In this document: positions 58,093 to 64,000 of the stretch, piece after piece
Numbering within the stretch: position 1 is the first letter of the stretch
Layout of the letters: each line of letters begins with the position of its first letter
Assembly: GCA_944391315.1 (NCBI GenBank)
Contig: CALXTD010000004.1
Span: 3,973-67,972 of the forward strand
Direction: 5' to 3'
DNA: 64,000 nt
Origin: an uncultured Alphaproteobacteria bacterium
GTDB lineage: Bacteria > Pseudomonadota > Alphaproteobacteria > RF32 > CAG-239
Notes under the pieces: generated by a model
Databases searched by the model: none
What the model saw: the letters and a program-made list of their open reading frames with translations, nothing else
Told to the model about the DNA's origin: nothing
Program-made: the position numbers and the translations under genes

Positions 58093-60519
58093 ATGATGTC
58101 AGCACTAAAGAGAATCGGTTCCGCAGTCTTGACGCTTTTTGCGGTTTTGGCTGTTGGTCTTTCTCAAGCTTATGCTTCGGAAATTGATTTAAAAGTGCCG
58201 AGCCTTGATGTCGGATATACGCTTTTTGGTTTTAGTGTTACCGGAAGCCAAATCCTCATGTATGGTATCGGTATTTGTATCTTGGGTATGATTTTTGGGC
58301 TTTATGAGTTTTATAAAATTAAAGCTATTCCGGCTCACAAGTCGATGCTCAATGTTTCAAACACAATTTATGAAACTTGCAAAACCTATATGAAACAACA
58401 GTCCAAACTCTTAGTCCTTTTGGAATTGTTTATTGCGGCTTGCATTTTCTATTATTTCTATTATCTTAACAACACTCCGATGTCGAAGGTTTTGACCATT
58501 TTGATGTGGTCGGTTTTTGGTATTCTCGGCTCCTTCACCGTGGCTTGGTTCGGTATGCGCATTAATACTTATGCCAACTCTCGTACCGCCTTTCTGTCTT
58601 TGCAAGGAAAAGCTTATCCGGTTATGAGCCTGCCGCTGCGTTCGGGTATGTCTATCGGTGTTCTTTTAATCTGCGTTGAGCTGATTATGATGATTATGAT
58701 CTTGCTCTATGTTCCGAGAGAAAGTGCCGGTGCTTGCTTTGTCGGTTTTGCTATCGGTGAATCACTCGGTGCTGCCGCTTTGCGTATCTGCGGCGGTATC
58801 TTTACCAAAATCGCTGATATCGGTGCCGACTTGATGAAGATTATTTTCAAAATTGATGAAGATGATGCTCGCAACCCTGGTGTGATTGCTGACTGTACCG
58901 GTGATAATGCCGGTGACTCGGTTGGCCCAACCGCCGATGGTTTTGAAACATACGGTGTGACCGGTGTGGCTCTTATCAGCTTTATCGTTCTTGGTGCCGG
59001 TATGATGTATGCTCCGAACGGTGACCTTGTTTTGATGTCTAATGGTATTGATATCCAAGCTCGCTTAATCGTTTGGATTTTTGCTATGCGCGTTTTGATG
59101 ATTTTGACCTCGCTCGTTTCTTATTGGTTGAACGGTGTGTTGTCAAAAGGTCTTTACGGCTCTCAGAAAATCTTTGACTTTGAAAAACCGCTGACCAGTT
59201 TGATTTGGTTGACCTCAATCATCTCTATCTTGGTTACCTTCGGTGTTTCTTATCTGATGATTGGACCGATGGGTGCTGATTTGTGGTGGAAGCTTTCGGT
59301 TATCATTTCTTGCGGTACTTTGGCTGCAGCTTTGATTCCGGAATTTACCAAAATCTTTACCTCACCAAAGTCAAAACATGTTCAGGAAATTGTTAATTCT
59401 AGCCGCGAAGCCGGTGCTTCTTTGAACATTATTTCCGGTATTGTTTCCGGTAACTTCTCAGCCTTTTGGCAGGGTATCGTTATGGTCGCTTTGATGGCTA
59501 TCGCTTATGTTACCGCTCGTGAAGGTCTTGATGCTTATATGGTTTATCCCAGCATCTTTGCCTTTGGTTTGGTGGCTTTTGGTATGCTCGGAATGGGGCC
59601 GGTCAATATCGCTGTCGATAGCTATGGACCGGTGGCCGATAATGCTCAATCGGTTTTCGAACTTTCTCAAATCGAAAACATCAGAGGTATTAATAAAGAA
59701 ATTGAAAAAGATTTCGGCTTTAAACCTGATTTTGAAAACGGTAAACACTTCCTTGAAGCCAATGACGGTGCCGGAAATACCTTTAAAGCAACCGCTAAAC
59801 CGGTGCTTATCGGTACGGCTGTTATCGGTGCTGCAACCATGATTTTCTCAATCATTCTGTTGCTTAACTTGAAATTGTCGCTTTTGGCTCCGGAAGTTTT
59901 GTTCGGTATCATTCTCGGCGGTGCGGTTATTTATTGGTTCTCCGGTGCATCTATGCAGGCGGTTTCTACCGGTGCTTATCGCGCGGTCGACTTTATTAAA
60001 AAGCACATTAAGCTTAATACCAAAAAAGCCGCTTCGGTTGAAGACAGCAAAGAAGTTGTTCGTATCTGCACTCTCTATGCGCAGAAAGGTATGCTCAACA
60101 TCTTTATCGCTATCTTCTCATTCACTTTGGCGTTTGCTTGCTTTGATCCGAACTTGTTTGCCAGCTATTTGATTTCAATTGCTGTCTTTGGTTTGTTCCA
60201 AGCACTTTATATGGCTAATGCCGGTGGTGCATGGGATAATGCTAAAAAAGTTGTTGAAGTTGACCTTGGCGAAAAAGGTACGGATTTGCATGCGGCCGCT
60301 GTTGTCGGTGATACGGTTGGTGATCCTTATAAAGACACCTCATCCGTTGCCCTCAACCCGATTATCAAATTTACAACTTTGTTCGGTCTGTTGGCGGTTG
60401 AAATTGCCGTTTCAGCTCCGCGTCATGTATCTTTGATTCTCGGTGCGGTCTTTATGGTAATTGCCTTAATCTTCGTATGGCGTTCGTTCTATGCTATGAG
60501 GATTAATGTAAACGAATAA
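58093..60519 (+). CDS. hppA: Membrane-bound proton-translocating pyrophosphatase, divergent, 808 aa
   Basis: DIGADL..DDARNPGVIADCTGDNAGDSVGPTADGFE, GNTFKATAKP, GGAWDNAKK, VVGDTVGDPYKDTSS; extra N-terminal signal-like segment. Confidence 0.9.
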   Translation: MMSALKRIGSAVLTLFAVLAVGLSQAYASEIDLKVPSLDVGYTLFGFSVTGSQILMYGIGICILGMIFGLYEFYKIKAIPAHKSMLNVSNTIYETCKTYMKQQSKLLVLLELFIAACIFYYFYYLNNTPMSKVLTILMWSVFGILGSFTVAWFGMRINTYANSRTAFLSLQGKAYPVMSLPLRSGMSIGVLLICVELIMMIMILLYVPRESAGACFVGFAIGESLGAAALRICGGIFTKIADIGADLMKIIFKIDEDDARNPGVIADCTGDNAGDSVGPTADGFETYGVTGVALISFIVLGAGMMYAPNGDLVLMSNGIDIQARLIVWIFAMRVLMILTSLVSYWLNGVLSKGLYGSQKIFDFEKPLTSLIWLTSIISILVTFGVSYLMIGPMGADLWWKLSVIISCGTLAAALIPEFTKIFTSPKSKHVQEIVNSSREAGASLNIISGIVSGNFSAFWQGIVMVALMAIAYVTAREGLDAYMVYPSIFAFGLVAFGMLGMGPVNIAVDSYGPVADNAQSVFELSQIENIRGINKEIEKDFGFKPDFENGKHFLEANDGAGNTFKATAKPVLIGTAVIGAATMIFSIILLLNLKLSLLAPEVLFGIILGGAVIYWFSGASMQAVSTGAYRAVDFIKKHIKLNTKKAASVEDSKEVVRICTLYAQKGMLNIFIAIFSFTLAFACFDPNLFASYLISIAVFGLFQALYMANAGGAWDNAKKVVEVDLGEKGTDLHAAAVVGDTVGDPYKDTSSVALNPIIKFTTLFGLLAVEIAVSAPRHVSLILGAVFMVIALIFVWRSFYAMRINVNE

Positions 60520-60521
60520 TT

Positions 60522-60800
60522 AAAAGGTCGTATAACGGTCGATTAGTGCGTTGTCTGCGGGGCAAAAGTGTCCTCACGTACTACTCTGTACGCTCCGGTA
60601 CTTTTGCCCTTGACGCCTACTACTCGACTCGTTCTCCGACCTTTTTGTAAAGCTCGTATAACAGCACATCTAGAGGCATTTTACGCTGTTTCGAAAAATT
60701 CATGTACTACTCTGTACACTAAAATTTTTCTCTCAGCTAGAAATGCCTCTATCTGTAACTGTTCTCCGAGCTTTTGTAAATCTCGGATAACGGGCAAAGG
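60522..60800 (+). repeat. Second array of the palindromic units (A 60522-60646, B 60647-60775, first ~25 nt of a C-type unit 60776-60800)
   Basis: Same order and orientation as 1584-2001; A copies differ at 6 of ~123 positions, B cores at 2 of ~93. Confidence 0.88.
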
Positions 60801-60830
60801 GGAGATGAAATTTATATCTCTTTTTTATTT
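60801..60830 (+). terminator. Terminator candidate closing the hppA/repeat transcript
   Basis: GAGAT..loop..ATCTC followed by TTTTTT. Confidence 0.45.
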
Positions 60831-60853
60831 TTGCTTAAATCTGAAAAAAGTTC

Positions 60854-60882
60854 TTGATTTCTTATGAAGAGTTGTGTATCAA
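60854..60882 (+). promoter_or_regulatory. Sigma70-like promoter candidate for tRNA-Trp
   Basis: TTGATT, 17-nt spacer, TATCAA, about 18 nt before the tRNA 5' end. Confidence 0.4.
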
Positions 60883-60899
60883 AGTATATGAAATTTGTT

Positions 60900-60975
60900 A
60901 GGGGTATAGCTCAGTTGGTAGAGCATCGGTCTCCAAAACCGAGTGTCGTGAGTTCGAATCTTACTGCCCCTGCCA
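60900..60975 (+). tRNA. tRNA-Trp (anticodon CCA)
   Basis: Hand-folded: acceptor AGGGGTA/TGCCCCT, D-arm GCTC..GAGC, anticodon stem TCGGT/ACCGA with loop CTCCAAA, T-arm GTGAG-TTCGAAT-CTTAC, encoded GCCA; classic position upstream of secE-nusG. Confidence 0.93.
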
Positions 60976-61012
60976 ATAAAAGAACCGTCCGAAAAGACGG
61001 TTTTTTTATTGG
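60973..61012 (+). terminator. Terminator of tRNA-Trp (17-bp stem containing the T-run)
   Basis: CCAATAAAAGAACCGTC-CGAAAA-GACGGTTTTTTTATTGG. Confidence 0.75.
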
Positions 61013-61017
61013 CATTT

Positions 61018-61162
61018 AGGGGTAGTTGATGAGAACTCACGAGAAGGTGAGTTCGACGCCAAACGAAAGGCGGGCGGGAGCACGCCGGTGAGCGAAAGCG
61101 AATGAGTGCGAAGGAACAAGCATTGCGAAGCAATGTCGCGGACAATCTTACTGCCCCTGCCA
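61018..61162 (+). other. tRNA-Trp-derived tRNA-like unit 1 (acceptor plus T-arm retained, 87-nt GC-rich insert in T-loop, GCCA end)
   Basis: AGGGGTA + 22 nt + GTGAGTTCGA + 87 nt + AATCTTACTGCCCCTGCCA; identical strings to tRNA-Trp acceptor and T-arm. Confidence 0.5.
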
Positions 61163-61199
61163 ATAAAAGAACCGTCCGAAAAGACGGTTTTTTTATTGG
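61160..61199 (+). terminator. Second copy of the terminator hairpin
   Basis: Identical to 60973-61012, shifted by 187 nt. Confidence 0.7.
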
Positions 61200-61204
61200 C
61201 ATTT

Positions 61205-61348
61205 AGGGGTAGTTGATGAGAACTCACGAGAAGGTGAGTTCGACGCCAAACGAAAGGCGGGCGGGAGCACGCCGGTGAGCGAAAGCGAATGAGTGCGAAG
61301 GAACAAGCATTGCGAAGCAATGTCGCGGACAATCTTACTGCCCTGCCA
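61205..61348 (+). other. tRNA-like unit 2, 3' acceptor strand decayed (TGCCCT instead of TGCCCCT)
   Basis: Same as unit 1 until the last 15 nt. Confidence 0.45.
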
Positions 61349-61351
61349 CTC

Positions 61352-61382
61352 AAGATGAAGACGCTAAAAAGCATCTTTTTTA
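61352..61382 (+). terminator. Weak terminator-like hairpin after the tandem repeat
   Basis: AAGATG..14-nt loop..CATCTT followed by TTTTTT. Confidence 0.35.
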
Positions 61383-61396
61383 TAAAATCTTGTCTA

Positions 61397-61718
61397 ATGG
61401 TTTTCTAGAGCCGTTTGCTCAGGTCGAAAGTGTCCTCACGTACTCGTTTGTACGCTGTGGTACTTTCGCCTTTCAAACAACTCTATAAATTCCATTATCC
61501 GAGATTTTTTAAGTGCAGAATGGCTTTCTAGAGCCGTTTGCTCAGGTCGAAAGTGTCCTCACGTACTTCTTTGTACGCTGCGGTACTTTCGCCTTTCAAA
61601 CAACTCTATAAATTCCTTTATCCGAGATTTTTTAAGTGCAGAATGGCTTTCTAGAGCCGTTTGCTCAGGTCGAAAGTGTCCTCACGTACTGTTTGTACGT
61701 TGAGGACTTTTGTTTTTT
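61397..61718 (+). repeat. 123-bp tandem D-type palindromic units (61397-61519, 61520-61642, truncated 61643-61718)
   Basis: Share core CGAAAGTGTCCTCACGTACT..GTACGCTG(C/T)GGTACTTTCG with A-type units; outer arms TCTAGAGCCGTTTG / CAAACAACTCTATA are unit-specific. Confidence 0.88.
61678..61718 (+). terminator. Near-perfect hairpin plus T-run formed by the truncated third D unit
   Basis: GTCCTCACGTAC-TGTTT-GTACGTTGAGGAC followed by TTTTGTTTTTT. Confidence 0.6.
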
Positions 61719-61801
61719 AGAATTTTATTGCTAAACTTTTTAAGAGAAAAAATTTTTCTTTAGCAGTGTCTGTTTTAATCCTTGAAACAAAAAGATAGTT
61801 A

Positions 61802-61830
61802 TTGACATATCTAAAATAATTTACTATCTT
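61802..61830 (+). promoter_or_regulatory. Sigma70-like promoter candidate for secE-nusG
   Basis: TTGACA, 17-nt spacer, TATCTT. Confidence 0.5.
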
Positions 61831-61882
61831 GTCGGCAATGAGGCGGGCGCATTGGGCGAAGCGGCGCAATGTGTCTTGTCGG
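61827..61882 (+). repeat. 38-nt GC-rich module flanked by 9-bp direct repeats TCTTGTCGG in the secE leader
   Basis: TCTTGTCGG-CAATGAGGCGGGCGCATTGGGCGAAGCGGCGCAATGTG-TCTTGTCGG-TTTTTT; shares AGGCGGGCG, GCATTG, CGAAGC, GCAATGT with the 87-nt insert at 61061-61143. Confidence 0.6.
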
Positions 61883-61912
61883 TTTTTTATTTGTTTTTTA
61901 TGGATTTGTTTC

Positions 61913-62110
61913 ATGGCAAAAGTTAGTCCGATACAGTTTTTCAGACAGGTCAAGCAAGAAGTTAAAAAAGTTACTTGGCCGACAAAGAAAGAAGTTATGC
62001 AATCTTCGATTATGGTTATCATTTTGGTGGTGATTGCTGCTACTTTCTTCTTCTTTGTTGATCAGATTTTGGGCTGGATTGTTAAATTGGTTTTAGATAT
62101 TGGAGTTTAG
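61913..62110 (+). CDS. secE: Preprotein translocase subunit SecE (65 aa, single TM)
   Basis: ATG 61913; FFRQVKQEVKKVTWPTKKEV followed by one TM; upstream of nusG. Confidence 0.92.
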   Translation: MAKVSPIQFFRQVKQEVKKVTWPTKKEVMQSSIMVIILVVIAATFFFFVDQILGWIVKLVLDIGV

Positions 62111-62115
62111 GTCCT

Positions 62116-62649
62116 ATGGATGCTCGTTGGTATGTTGTAAATGTTTATTCCGGTTCGGAAAAGAAAGTGGCCGAATCGATTAAAGAGCAGGCGGTTTTGA
62201 AAGGTATGGAAGACCGTATCCTTGAGGTTATGGTTCCGACTGAAGAAGTTGTTGAGATGAAAAAGGGCGCTCGCGTTAATTCTGAACGCAAGTTCTTCCC
62301 TGGCTATGTTTTGGTTAAAATGGTTATGTCTGATGATGCTTGGCATATTATTCGTAATACGCCGCGTGTTAGCGGGTTCCTCGGAAGCCGTAACAAGCCG
62401 CAACCAATTACCGAGGCTGAGGCTCAACGTATTATCAAGCAAATGACGGAAGGCGTTGAACGTCCACGTACTGCTATTGAGTTTGAAAATGGTGAGCAGG
62501 TTCGCGTTATTGATGGGCCGTTTGCTTCCTTTGTCGGTGTGGTTGAAGAAATTGATGCCGAAAAAATGCGTCTTAAGCTTTCGGTTTCAATCTTTGGGCG
62601 TTCAACACCGGTTGAGCTTGAGTTTTCTCAGGTTGAGAAGATTAAGTAA
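62116..62649 (+). CDS. nusG: Transcription termination/antitermination factor NusG
   Basis: WYVVNVYSGSEKKV NGN start; KOW segment GEQVRVIDGPFASFVGVVEEID. Confidence 0.96.
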   Translation: MDARWYVVNVYSGSEKKVAESIKEQAVLKGMEDRILEVMVPTEEVVEMKKGARVNSERKFFPGYVLVKMVMSDDAWHIIRNTPRVSGFLGSRNKPQPITEAEAQRIIKQMTEGVERPRTAIEFENGEQVRVIDGPFASFVGVVEEIDAEKMRLKLSVSIFGRSTPVELEFSQVEKIK

Positions 62650-62667
62650 ATATTTTATGGTTAGGTT

Positions 62668-62698
62668 AAAGGGTTTCGGTTTGCCGAGCCCTTTTTTT
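62668..62698 (+). terminator. Terminator after nusG
   Basis: GGGTTTCGG-TTTG-CCGAGCCC followed by TTTTTTT. Confidence 0.7.
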
Positions 62699-62714
62699 GT
62701 AAGGAAAGGTTGCC

Positions 62715-63197
62715 ATGATTAAAAGTTTTTTGAATGAGTTTAAAAAATTTGCCATGCGCGGTAATGTGATTGATATGGCAGTCGGTATTATTATCGGCGC
62801 TGCGTTTGGAAAAATTGTGGACTCTTTGGTTAAAGATGTGATTATGCCGCCGATTGGGCTTTTGCTTGGGAAGGTTGATTTCTCCAATCTTTATTTGGTG
62901 TTGAAATCAGGGGCGAGTGATGCTGTTTATAATTCTTTAGCGGCGGCTCAGGCCGATGGTGCGGTTACGCTGAATTATGGTTTGTTTCTTAATGCCGTTA
63001 TCAGTTTTACCATTGTGGTTTTTGCGGTTTTTATTTTGATTAAAGCAATTAATAATTTGCGGGCAAAGATTGATAAAAAAGAGGCTCAAGATGCTGCTAA
63101 AGCTGCGCCTAAAACAAAAATCTGTCCTTATTGCTGTTCTGAAATTGCGGCGGCGGCCGTTAAGTGTCCAAACTGCACTAGTGATTTGAAAAAATAA
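62715..63197 (+). CDS. mscL: Large-conductance mechanosensitive channel MscL with C-terminal CxxC..CxxC zinc-ribbon-like tail
   Basis: [40 protein letters not shown]; tail [24 protein letters not shown]. Confidence 0.93.
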   Translation: MIKSFLNEFKKFAMRGNVIDMAVGIIIGAAFGKIVDSLVKDVIMPPIGLLLGKVDFSNLYLVLKSGASDAVYNSLAAAQADGAVTLNYGLFLNAVISFTIVVFAVFILIKAINNLRAKIDKKEAQDAAKAAPKTKICPYCCSEIAAAAVKCPNCTSDLKK

Positions 63198-63228
63198 AAA
63201 AGCGGAGGTTTCGAACCTCCGTTTTCTT
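63196..63228 (+). terminator. Terminator after mscL
   Basis: Palindrome CGGAGGTTCGAACCTCCG followed by TTTTCTT. Confidence 0.7.
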
Positions 63229-63233
63229 GCTAC

Positions 63234-63268
63234 AAAAATCCCCAAAGAGTTTGTCCTTGGGGATTTTC
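63234..63268 (-). terminator. Terminator of the 63285..63905 gene
   Basis: Minus strand AAAATCCCCAA..loop..TTGGGGATTTTTG. Confidence 0.7.
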
Positions 63269-63284
63269 TTGTTTAAGTTTATTT

Positions 63285-63905
63285 TTAATATTCTTGAATG
63301 TGGCTGTTGCCGACAACATACATATTCAGATATTGATTGATGTTCTTTTCCATGCTGGTATTGAAGTCATCCATTAACTTTTTGACCATGGTGTTCCAAT
63401 ATCTTTCTTTTTCATCAATCTCAGTATGCGCCGGAATGGTCAGCTCTCTCCAAGCTTCAATGGTGGTTTCTGCCGTGCTTAAAGAATCCGGATCAGTTAC
63501 CATTAACACAGCAACAAGTTTTGCGCGATATTTGACTTTATTGGCTGTAAATAAATCCGGCGTGTTGATTTCTTCTTCAGTAACGCTAGCGTCTTTGATG
63601 ATGAATTTGGCAACTTTGTTACTGCTGAAGTCAACGGCTTCAAGTCTTTCTGAGGCCCAGATTCTAGCGGCTTTTTCAATGGATATTGGGAACAAGTGTT
63701 CAACATTCGGGCGCTGGAATGAGGGGGTGAACTCAGAGATAATGTCAACTTTGTTGACTTTTAGTTGAATCGGCGGAAGGTTGCTGAAGCTAGGATCTTC
63801 ATAACGGCTGGGTTCTGCGCGATTGTCGTTTATGCTGCTGCAGCCTTGAATGACTAATATGGCAGCAAAAACAGATAATATTTTCTTTAACATGAATTTT
63901 TCCAT
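63285..63905 (-). CDS. Hypothetical lipoprotein (about 202-206 aa)
   Basis: Lipobox AAILVIQGCSS; start 63905 or 63893; no family recognised. Confidence 0.65.
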   Translation of the reverse strand: MEKFMLKKILSVFAAILVIQGCSSINDNRAEPSRYEDPSFSNLPPIQLKVNKVDIISEFTPSFQRPNVEHLFPISIEKAARIWASERLEAVDFSSNKVAKFIIKDASVTEEEINTPDLFTANKVKYRAKLVAVLMVTDPDSLSTAETTIEAWRELTIPAHTEIDEKERYWNTMVKKLMDDFNTSMEKNINQYLNMYVVGNSHIQEY

Positions 63906-64000
63906 TCATAAAAGTTATTTTACGATTTTAGCCTATCATACGCTCTATTGATTAAAAAATCGTTATTGTTTAATCAGTTCACCTTTGGCAAAGCTATATT

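Larger units (their letters stand above)
60957..61349 (+). repeat. 187-bp direct tandem repeat: copy 1 60957-61143 (starts in the tRNA-Trp T-loop), copy 2 61144-61330, decayed third start 61331-61349
   Basis: Copies 1 and 2 read identical base for base; third start AATCTTACTGCCCTGCCAC has one C deleted. Confidence 0.92.

Noticed and set aside
61026-61057. Hammerhead-ribozyme-like string TTGATGAG-stem-CGAC in each 187-bp unit
   Set aside because: The core as I recall it needs CUGAUGA..GAAA. Here the first C is U and the GAAA is GAC, so invariant positions are violated, and no plausible stem I/III or cleavage triplet accompanies it.
60957-61162. Two-piece (permuted) alphaproteobacterial tmRNA idea: a CCA end followed by GGGG.. 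and a GTTCGAC motif
   Set aside because: The unit is far too small. No tag reading frame ends in a hydrophobic ..AA stop in any frame I translated. The acceptor stem has G3-C70 rather than the G3-U70 alanine identity pair, and the sequence identity is to tRNA-Trp.
60879-61374. Minus-strand ORFs 60879..61202 and 61006..61374 with internally repeated peptide sequence
   Set aside because: They read antisense through tRNA-Trp and the 187-bp tandem repeat. The repeated peptide simply mirrors the DNA repeat, and the Arg/Ser/Leu-rich composition is typical of non-coding GC-rich sequence.
60957-61718. CRISPR array hypothesis for the regularly spaced repeats
   Set aside because: Whole 187-bp and 123-bp units repeat, so there are no unique spacers between short repeats. 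The periods are far larger than CRISPR repeat-spacer units, and there are no cas genes in the window.

Overview
64-kb chromosomal window, roughly 40% GC by eye. Gene content and order resemble a low-GC alphaproteobacterium-like genome (leuS-lptE-holA, mreBCD-mrdA-rodA, rpmH-rnpA-yidD-yidC-engB, tRNA-Trp-secE-nusG, DUF3576/DUF2336-type genes); the taxon is inference only. I support about 65 protein genes, mostly housekeeping and tightly packed, plus rpmH (found by hand, below the ORF-track size cutoff), tRNA-Arg(CCG), tRNA-Trp(CCA), and many hairpin plus T-run terminators. I see no integrase, transposase, cas, reverse transcriptase, toxin-antitoxin or recognisable defence gene, so I cannot name a protein-encoded novel system. 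The unusual content is mostly non-coding. (1) A family of 110-130 nt imperfect-palindrome units has a conserved apical loop, conserved termini, and stems that differ between units but stay self-complementary. They form arrays right after the pnp and hppA stop codons and upstream of secE, and two copies differ by compensatory double substitutions. (2) A perfect 187-bp tandem repeat is seeded inside the T-arm of tRNA-Trp; each unit rebuilds a CCA-ending tRNA-like minihelix carrying an 87-nt GC-rich insert. (3) A related GC-rich module flanked by 9-bp direct repeats sits in the secE leader. The coding oddities are a pair of secreted cysteine-rich modular proteins (one with a DUF1566-like C-terminus), a solitary DpnIIB-like DNA methyltransferase next to tRNA-Arg, tandem YcgN paralogs, a small Cys-cluster protein and a divergent membrane pyrophosphatase. 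All functional calls rest on motif recognition in the supplied translations; no database search was run.
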